A DNA stretch of 13,675 nt from Fibrobacteria bacterium. Lineage in GTDB: Bacteria; Fibrobacterota; Fibrobacteria; UBA11236. Location: assembly GCA_043732185.1 (NCBI GenBank), contig JAYTHY010000043.1, forward strand, positions 1 through 13,675, in the 5' to 3' direction. Shown in pieces: positions 8,601 to 13,675 of the stretch (the first letter of the stretch is position 1; the number at the start of each line of letters is the position of its first letter). Both the position numbers and the translations under genes were made by a program. The notes under the pieces were generated by a model that was given only the letters and a program-made list of their open reading frames with translations, ran no database searches and was not told where the DNA came from.

Positions 8601-9127
8601 ATGGCTATCCCGATTATGATCGTATGCCGGAAGCCATTATGGAGCTAGGGCTCGCCTATGAAAAGGAACAGAATTATCAAAGAGCTGCTGAAGTTCGGGA
8701 AAAGATTTTCAGACTGTATTGTCGCAATGGCGAATGGTATAAGAAAATCAAGGCCAAGGAATCTAAAGAAATTGCGGACTCGGTTAGCCAGGCGGCCATC
8801 GAACTGGTGGCGCGTCATTACCTATACGAAGCCAAGCAATTGAAGGACGCGAATGGACCCGGAAAACAAACTCGTGAAACTTATTTCCGCAAGGCAATCT
8901 CAGCGTATGAGGCATTCTTGGCAATCTATCCCGAAAATCCAAATCGGGCCAAGTACAATTATCAGGAAGCGGATGCATACTACTCTTTGGAAGATTACTC
9001 TGCCGCAGTCAAGAAATATATTGAAGTTTCGGCCATCGGCGATAAGAAACTCAAAATGACAGCAGCGTACAATGCCATTGTGGCTGCGCAGGAAATGCTG
9101 AAGAAGGCTGAAGATGGCAAAAAGTAA
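5618..9127 (+). CDS. Large exported TPR protein; GltC-like region fused to a GltD(AgmU)-like N-terminal TPR array (alternative start ATG 5651)
   Basis: Signal peptide ending AFA-A and an N-terminal coiled coil. TPRs QAEIALAHLNF..AEALYGMVWS..LISQYPDNPWAIEG are GltC-like. YPNSPYVPAALYYMG..QAYIFIGEYYFN..EQALYKLAWTRY..TAAYNAIVA are GltD-like. Confidence 0.85.
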   Translation: MAKPSTSTRVGMPLVRLLILVLLFLRALLGIAPAFAAAPVASGSSLGWNRGLTFGSIAPSNKGLWSQADAMVNRLREERRKLNLILEELERLQYMGQDFRDLQLYPTRITGLGPKDDIKLDRMIEGLERNLALTRKQVLELEKPLEDANFIAREMLEESPNQDMIDLLLKDNVERIGRLVKVQKELNKRWDDAFALLSEYSDRIGLGKLVNQNTLIEDEFFKVLMTNVGRASQRFYGEMNDYKDSLAARSEKSDWEKMASLDLGRIKGRITSKSIEMVQSDLERLSLRFHGRISIGLVNYYLGASFMQGEKPLKAVEAYGKVAHESRMYGPACLGLLQALFESRQDDSLIVRFHAFRAAGILDAKLLPPALYLVIQSTYALGKDSLLETEMTSTTAKDRYHFKSLFIYAKSLVRQKRYAEARGVLVTLVAESQIDKQLHNQAEIALAHLNFKEAHYETSLKGYQNLLDQPGFQAEALYGMVWSNIKMQDLDAAEFILKKLISQYPDNPWAIEGFMVLVRKVMLKAKNEWAFRVMVDRESDQLQDFSKKLLERQQNNLISESQLKSVRAKLTQASAALSRQKPLTAEQIAQLYQQGLGLCDFVDERYKTGEYSEQSFNSEREAVLTKLKDPALSNLKGVDSSASDTTGFRLVVKEKLFESRALALDIHVMHKAWLEELLKYSQRKLQDEIYALRSDSSKTIVRSEMVKRSHVLADDISERLAGKSDDILGRIRELSEDPNSLGIMDWMLFQKGYLNYGLEEDALKKRLASFQWIEAQAGVGRAPQAEPTLEPESFELPWKDLISNYPNSPYVPAALYYMGYSQTLRGETVSGLHYFEELVQRFPQASYAQQAYIFIGEYYFNENKLEQAAEAYDKVLDFADSKYFEQALYKLAWTRYRANAYKTAISSFTFILEESGRNAKGKVKSVLTSEALQFAALSIAESDTSGDGGLKQSKAFAEKLGDAYLGAKLLHRMAVIYRQQGRLDRSKHALEALLDGYPDYDRMPEAIMELGLAYEKEQNYQRAAEVREKIFRLYCRNGEWYKKIKAKESKEIADSVSQAAIELVARHYLYEAKQLKDANGPGKQTRETYFRKAISAYEAFLAIYPENPNRAKYNYQEADAYYSLEDYSAAVKKYIEVSAIGDKKLKMTAAYNAIVAAQEMLKKAEDGKK

Positions 9128-12116
9128 GCACCGATTTTTACGGAGTGGAGCATTTTTGGCGGCATTGCTGCTGGTTCATTGTGCCGGCTTTAAGTCTTTG
9201 CATAAATCGTCGACACATGCGACAGGTGCGCCCTTACCGGAAATTGTTGCTGCTACCGCAAAAGGCGATACCGTGGTTTCGGTAGAATTAGATGTCCCTA
9301 AACCCGACTCTGCTCGAAAGCCACCTTCAGAGGCTTCTATCCTTTATCTGCAAAGCCTGGATAATTATCTGAGCTTGGATTCTAATGATGAAAAGATTCC
9401 GGAAATAATGCTTTGGAAAGGAAATCATTTATACAACCAGGGCGACTTTTCCAAAGCGCTGGTTATCTACGAAGCGATGCGGAAAAAGTTTCCACAAAAC
9501 ACTTTTTATGGTGAAGCGTCCCAGATGGCGGCGCAATCCTATGGTCAGCTCGGGAGGCTAAAGGACGCTGAAACTATTTATAGAACCATGCTGAAAGAAT
9601 CCGATGGTGCGGCAAAGGCAGAGGCAACGGAAAGACTGGCCCAATCCATTTATCTGCAGGCGGAAAAAAAAGAAAAGCATGGTGATTTGCAATCGGCTTC
9701 GGAAGCGTATGCGCGAGTTGCCAAGGAATTCCCGACTTCTGAATTTGCACCCGTGGCACTATTTAATTCCGGCGTAATGCAGGAAAAACAAAAAAAATGG
9801 AAGGAAGCCATTCACATTTATGAAGTGTTTTTTGACGCCTATTTTGAATCGAAGCTGCTTGCTAAGGTACTTTTTCGTGAGGCCAAATGCCGGGAATTGG
9901 ATGGGCAATGGGAATCGGCGGGTCAAAAATATTTGAACTTGGTACGCACCTATCCAGAAAGTCCGGATGCGGAGCCCTCGCTTTATAATGCTGGTTTCGC
10001 ATTTTTCAATGGCAAGCGTTCAGATTCGGCTGCGAAAGCGTTTGAATTGTATGCAAAAAAATATCCACAAAATGCCGAGGCTCCCAATCTCCTTTTCCGC
10101 GCGGTGGAATTATATGGAGAACAACAGAATTGGGAAAAAGTCGGTGAGCTACAAAGTCTCTTCACGCGACGATACGCATCGGATAAAAATCGCCTTATAC
10201 AGGCATTGTGTATGGGTGGAACGGCTGCGTTTCAACGAGGGCAACAGGAAGAAGCCGTACAACTCATGAAGCAGGCTGTAAATGAATTCTCCGGACTCAA
10301 AAACGCCGATGCCTCGGCTCGTTTTTACGCTGCCCAAGCCCAGCATACTTTAGGTGAAATCGCCAGTAAACGCATGCGGGCATTGGTCATCCGGGCATCA
10401 GCATACGAGTCAGATCTCAAGTCCAAAACCGCATTACTCAAAGCAGCTGTTGATGAGTTTATCAAGGTGCTCGATTACCGTATCGTGGACTGGTCTTTAC
10501 GAGCTGCCTTTTCGCTTGGTCAAGGATTTGAGGACTTTGGCACAGAAGTGTATTTGGGCGCGCGCAAACCGACCAAGGTTGTATCTGATCAATTGGATCA
10601 GGAAGAAGATGCCATGGCTTCACTTTCTGCGGCATATGCCAAGGCACAAAAGCAGTATATGCAAGTGCTGGCCATTGGTCGGAAGCAGGAGGTTAATAAC
10701 AAATGGGTTGGTGATGCGAGCCTGCATATGTTGAGTATGGCCAATGCGTATGAAGGGTTTCAAATCAAAGCCATGGCCTTGGTGGCCCAGGTAATTCGGG
10801 TGGATGCCGCTACCCCGGAAAAAGCCATTGCGGGAAAGCTGCAACAAATATCCCGGATTACGCCGTATCAAGAACAAGGCATGAAGTACTTCATTGCTTT
10901 TCTAGAAATCGCTCAAGAGTATGAGTTTGACCCCAAAACTCTCGATACTCTTGGAGGCAGAATACTAGAGAGCACACGTGATTTAGGGCGCCATTACTTG
11001 GCGGCTGCTGAACTGGCACGATCGGCTCCTTTTCCTTCCGGTTTTCAAGCGATGGAGCGATTCTATTATCAGGTAAAATTATTGCAGGAAGGCATTCCGA
11101 AACTTGAAGATAAAGCCATGGATAATTTTCAGACTGGTCTTGATTTCGCTTTCAAGTACAATCTGAATAAAAATTCCATGGTTGATTCATTGAAGCTTGA
11201 CCTGGGCAGGGCCCTTTTTATACAGGCTAAATGTCTCGATTTACTTTCCCAGGAAGCTCTGACCAATCCTCCCATTCCTCCGGAGGCTGGACCTGAACAA
11301 CGTAAAATTTATTCGGAAAAACTCGAAACTGCAGGATATCAGTTGCAGGACCAGGCCCTGGAACGCTATCGCAAATTAATCGAAAAAGTTATTTCCGGAT
11401 CGATATCCACCGAATGGGGTGAACTTGCCTTTGCCAGGTTATTCCAGATTGAACCTGACAAGTGGACACATAGCGCCGAGGCAGACACCACACTGGATAT
11501 TTTCACGAGTAAGGACTGGACGGTACTCCCCGAGTTACCCAAATCGGGATGGCCACCTGCCGATAGTTCTATTTGGAAGCGGTCTCGAAAAGGTGTAATG
11601 CCAAAGAAAAATTATCCAGAAGACGTGGCCGCGGTGGTTCGCTTTCTTTGGGCTGGAGATAAAGGGCAAGGTCCGAAGGTGGACTCCACTCTAAGCCCGT
11701 ACATTCCTTGGAAACAAGTTTGGGCGCAAATGGTTTTTAATGTTCCGGATAATGTTCAGGGGATGGAATTAAAAATCGTTGCCCCGCAAGAATGGTCGGC
11801 GCAAATTGATCAAACCATGGTTTTAAGCCAAAAGAATTTAACGGGCAGTTGGGAAAAAGGAATCAGTATGGATATATGGCCATTGCTTTCCAAGAAAATG
11901 TCTACAGGTCGGCATTACCTTAGGATCTCGGCCCAAAACCTTAAGGTAACGGAAGGCTTCGGGATATGGGCGAGACTGCGTATTCACTTTAAGTTTGATG
12001 GGGCAGGAGCCGTGTTTCCATGGAACCAGGGAAAGCCAACTCCAGAATATTTGAAATCGCTAAGGGAACAGGAAATTCCCATTCCAAACTTTTCATCTCA
12101 TGGCGCCAAAGGTTGA
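9114..12116 (+). CDS. Probable lipoprotein TPR protein; GltD(AgmU) C-terminal-half-like, with repeated terminal module and C-terminal beta-sandwich
   Basis: Basic N-terminus, hydrophobic core and Cys23 (LLLVHC). TPRs EFPTSEFAPVALFNSG, YPESPDAEPSLYNAG and YPQNAEAPNLLF. GltD-like AAQAQHTLGE..KVLDYRIVDWSLRAAFSLGQGFEDF and PPIPPEAGPEQRKIYSEKLE. Trp-rich beta domain after ~aa 790. Confidence 0.85.
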   Translation: MAKSKHRFLRSGAFLAALLLVHCAGFKSLHKSSTHATGAPLPEIVAATAKGDTVVSVELDVPKPDSARKPPSEASILYLQSLDNYLSLDSNDEKIPEIMLWKGNHLYNQGDFSKALVIYEAMRKKFPQNTFYGEASQMAAQSYGQLGRLKDAETIYRTMLKESDGAAKAEATERLAQSIYLQAEKKEKHGDLQSASEAYARVAKEFPTSEFAPVALFNSGVMQEKQKKWKEAIHIYEVFFDAYFESKLLAKVLFREAKCRELDGQWESAGQKYLNLVRTYPESPDAEPSLYNAGFAFFNGKRSDSAAKAFELYAKKYPQNAEAPNLLFRAVELYGEQQNWEKVGELQSLFTRRYASDKNRLIQALCMGGTAAFQRGQQEEAVQLMKQAVNEFSGLKNADASARFYAAQAQHTLGEIASKRMRALVIRASAYESDLKSKTALLKAAVDEFIKVLDYRIVDWSLRAAFSLGQGFEDFGTEVYLGARKPTKVVSDQLDQEEDAMASLSAAYAKAQKQYMQVLAIGRKQEVNNKWVGDASLHMLSMANAYEGFQIKAMALVAQVIRVDAATPEKAIAGKLQQISRITPYQEQGMKYFIAFLEIAQEYEFDPKTLDTLGGRILESTRDLGRHYLAAAELARSAPFPSGFQAMERFYYQVKLLQEGIPKLEDKAMDNFQTGLDFAFKYNLNKNSMVDSLKLDLGRALFIQAKCLDLLSQEALTNPPIPPEAGPEQRKIYSEKLETAGYQLQDQALERYRKLIEKVISGSISTEWGELAFARLFQIEPDKWTHSAEADTTLDIFTSKDWTVLPELPKSGWPPADSSIWKRSRKGVMPKKNYPEDVAAVVRFLWAGDKGQGPKVDSTLSPYIPWKQVWAQMVFNVPDNVQGMELKIVAPQEWSAQIDQTMVLSQKNLTGSWEKGISMDIWPLLSKKMSTGRHYLRISAQNLKVTEGFGIWARLRIHFKFDGAGAVFPWNQGKPTPEYLKSLREQEIPIPNFSSHGAKG

Positions 12117-12187
12117 AAAAATAGTGGAAAGATTGAACTAAAGGAAAATTTGAGTTTCTACGAAAAATACCGATAATCTGGAACAGA

Positions 12188-12568
12188 ATGAGTCTATTTG
12201 AAATGTGCAATCGCAGGGCAGTGTTGGCAGTATCCCTTCTTCTGACAGGTTTATACAGTAGTGGCTGGACTGCTGGAAAGGGTGCCATTGTAAAAAAGAG
12301 TGTAGTGGCCCAGCCGCCGGTGGCCAAGCAAACTGAAACCGTTCAGGCAGGTCCTGCATCAGAAACCAGTACTGTTTTTCAGGAATTGAATTTTAACAAA
12401 ACCTTAGTTATTGAAGGCAAGGTTGAAAAACCGCAGGTGCAATTTACTTTGTTAAAAGAGCCACCTCCGGAAAAACAAATCCGATTCGAAACCAGTTTTC
12501 TTCAGAATATTCTTAAGCTGGATCGCGAAAATACTTTCAAGGTGGGGGAGTCCTACGGTCGGGATTGA
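12188..12568 (+). CDS. Small secreted GltF/CglF-like protein (alternative start ATG 12203)
   Basis: Signal-like N-terminus and low-complexity linker, then LNFNKTLVIEGKVEKPQVQFTL...FETSFLQNILK, resembling the GltF-family IEG...KP....F...I core. It lies immediately after the GltD-like gene, similar to the gltD-E-F order. Confidence 0.7.
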   Translation: MSLFEMCNRRAVLAVSLLLTGLYSSGWTAGKGAIVKKSVVAQPPVAKQTETVQAGPASETSTVFQELNFNKTLVIEGKVEKPQVQFTLLKEPPPEKQIRFETSFLQNILKLDRENTFKVGESYGRD

Positions 12569-12611
12569 GGCTTCTGCTACGGCTTCAAAATGTTTTAAAT
12601 TCCGCCTCGAT

Positions 12612-13675
12612 TTACTTGAAGGCAAGTATGCTGCGATTCCACATGTCTGGTGCTGCATAGCCTAATAAATTGACCGTTGTCGCGGCCAAGTTAGACAAGC
12701 CGAAATCCTTGCCATCGATTTGATACTTCCCAGTATTTACGTTGTCATAAAAAATGCATGGCACTGGATTCAAGGTGTGACTGGTCTTCGCCTTGACACG
12801 ACCATCTTTCGCGTATTGCGGCTTTCCAGTTTTCTTGTCCAATTCATACATCTCATCGGCATTCCCGTGGTCAGCGGTGATCAATGCCATGCCACCTAAA
12901 GCGTCAATAGCTGGGAGCAACCGGCCCAGACACAAATCCACGGCTTCAATGGACAGGATGGCGGCGCGGAGATTTCCGGTATGTCCTACCATGTCTCCAT
13001 TGGCATAGTTCAAGCGAGTCGATCGGTACTTGCCGGTCTTTAGTTGCTCGATTACGGCATCGGTGATTTCCGCCGCCTTCATCCATGGGCGTTCATCGAA
13101 GGAAACTCGATCAGAGGGAATTTCGATCCAGGTTTCCAGCTTATCGTCAAATTTTCCGCTACGGTTTCCATTCCAAAAGTAGGTTACATGTCCAAATTTT
13201 TGGGTTTCCGAACAGGCGAGTTGTGAGACACCGCTGGCGGACAAATATTCGCCCATTGTATTTTTAATCTCTGGCGGGCTTACTAAATAATGCGAGGGAA
13301 TATGCAGATCCCCATCGTATTCCAGCATGCCGGCATAGACGACCTTTGGTTTTCGAATTCGGTCAAAGTGCGGAAAGTCCTGGTCTTCAAAGGCTCTGGA
13401 AATTTCGATGGCTCGGTCGCCACGGAAGTTGAAAAAAATAACGCTGTCACCGTCCTCAATGGTCCCAACCGGTTGACCGTTTTTGGCTATTACAAAAGGC
13501 GGCAAATCCTGATCGATGACGCGACTTTTGGCACCCTCTGCTTCGCTGCGGTAGGTTTTTATGGCGGTTTCTGAATTTGCAAACTGACGACCCTGTCCCA
13601 GGACATGCGTGTGCCAACCCTTTTCCACCATGCCCCAGTCCGCCTGGTAGCGATCCATGGTTATTTTCATGCGAC
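12612..13675 (-). CDS. gpmI: 2,3-bisphosphoglycerate-independent phosphoglycerate mutase (5' end beyond the right edge)
   Basis: Hallmark motifs (R)MKITMDRY, FFNFRGDRA, SETQKFGHVTYFWNG, NYANGDMVGHTG, TADHGNAD and TSHTLNPVP. The frame stays open to the window edge, so ATG 13670 is internal. Confidence 0.97.
   Translation of the reverse strand, partial: RMKITMDRYQADWGMVEKGWHTHVLGQGRQFANSETAIKTYRSEAEGAKSRVIDQDLPPFVIAKNGQPVGTIEDGDSVIFFNFRGDRAIEISRAFEDQDFPHFDRIRKPKVVYAGMLEYDGDLHIPSHYLVSPPEIKNTMGEYLSASGVSQLACSETQKFGHVTYFWNGNRSGKFDDKLETWIEIPSDRVSFDERPWMKAAEITDAVIEQLKTGKYRSTRLNYANGDMVGHTGNLRAAILSIEAVDLCLGRLLPAIDALGGMALITADHGNADEMYELDKKTGKPQYAKDGRVKAKTSHTLNPVPCIFYDNVNTGKYQIDGKDFGLSNLAATTVNLLGYAAPDMWNRSILAFK

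Noticed and set aside
12569..12611. Bidirectional terminator between the convergent genes
   Set aside because: Only a weak GAGGC/GCCTC pairing with a long loop and no U-tract.
1..13675. CRISPR array, rRNA/tRNA, IS elements, defence-system genes
   Set aside because: No spaced direct repeats, RNA gene signatures, or transposase, nuclease or RT motifs were noticed. The TPR proteins are exported and lack NTPase or effector domains.

Overview
Bacterial genomic DNA; the gene content suggests an FCB-group (Fibrobacterota-like) or deltaproteobacterial organism, which is inference only. Left, on the minus strand: a probable membrane sensor kinase whose 3' end runs off the left edge, a small putative membrane ORF and a TsaP-like protein with a degenerate LysM. 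After a ~400-bp divergent intergenic region comes a tightly overlapping plus-strand operon: a stand-alone MerR/Xis-type HTH protein, two tandem paralogous secreted beta-rich (outer-membrane-like) proteins, a 1169-aa exported TPR protein, a 1000-aa probable lipoprotein TPR protein and a small secreted GltF/CglF-like protein. This cluster resembles the periplasmic/outer-membrane half of the myxobacterial Agl-Glt gliding (and Nfs) apparatus, but rearranged. GltC appears fused to the N-half of GltD; the C-half of GltD is a separate exported protein with a fourfold-repeated terminal module and an added jelly-roll-like domain; no AglRQS motor, GltG or GltE gene is in the window. A convergent gpmI runs off the right edge. 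All family calls are by-eye motif recognition, not database searches.
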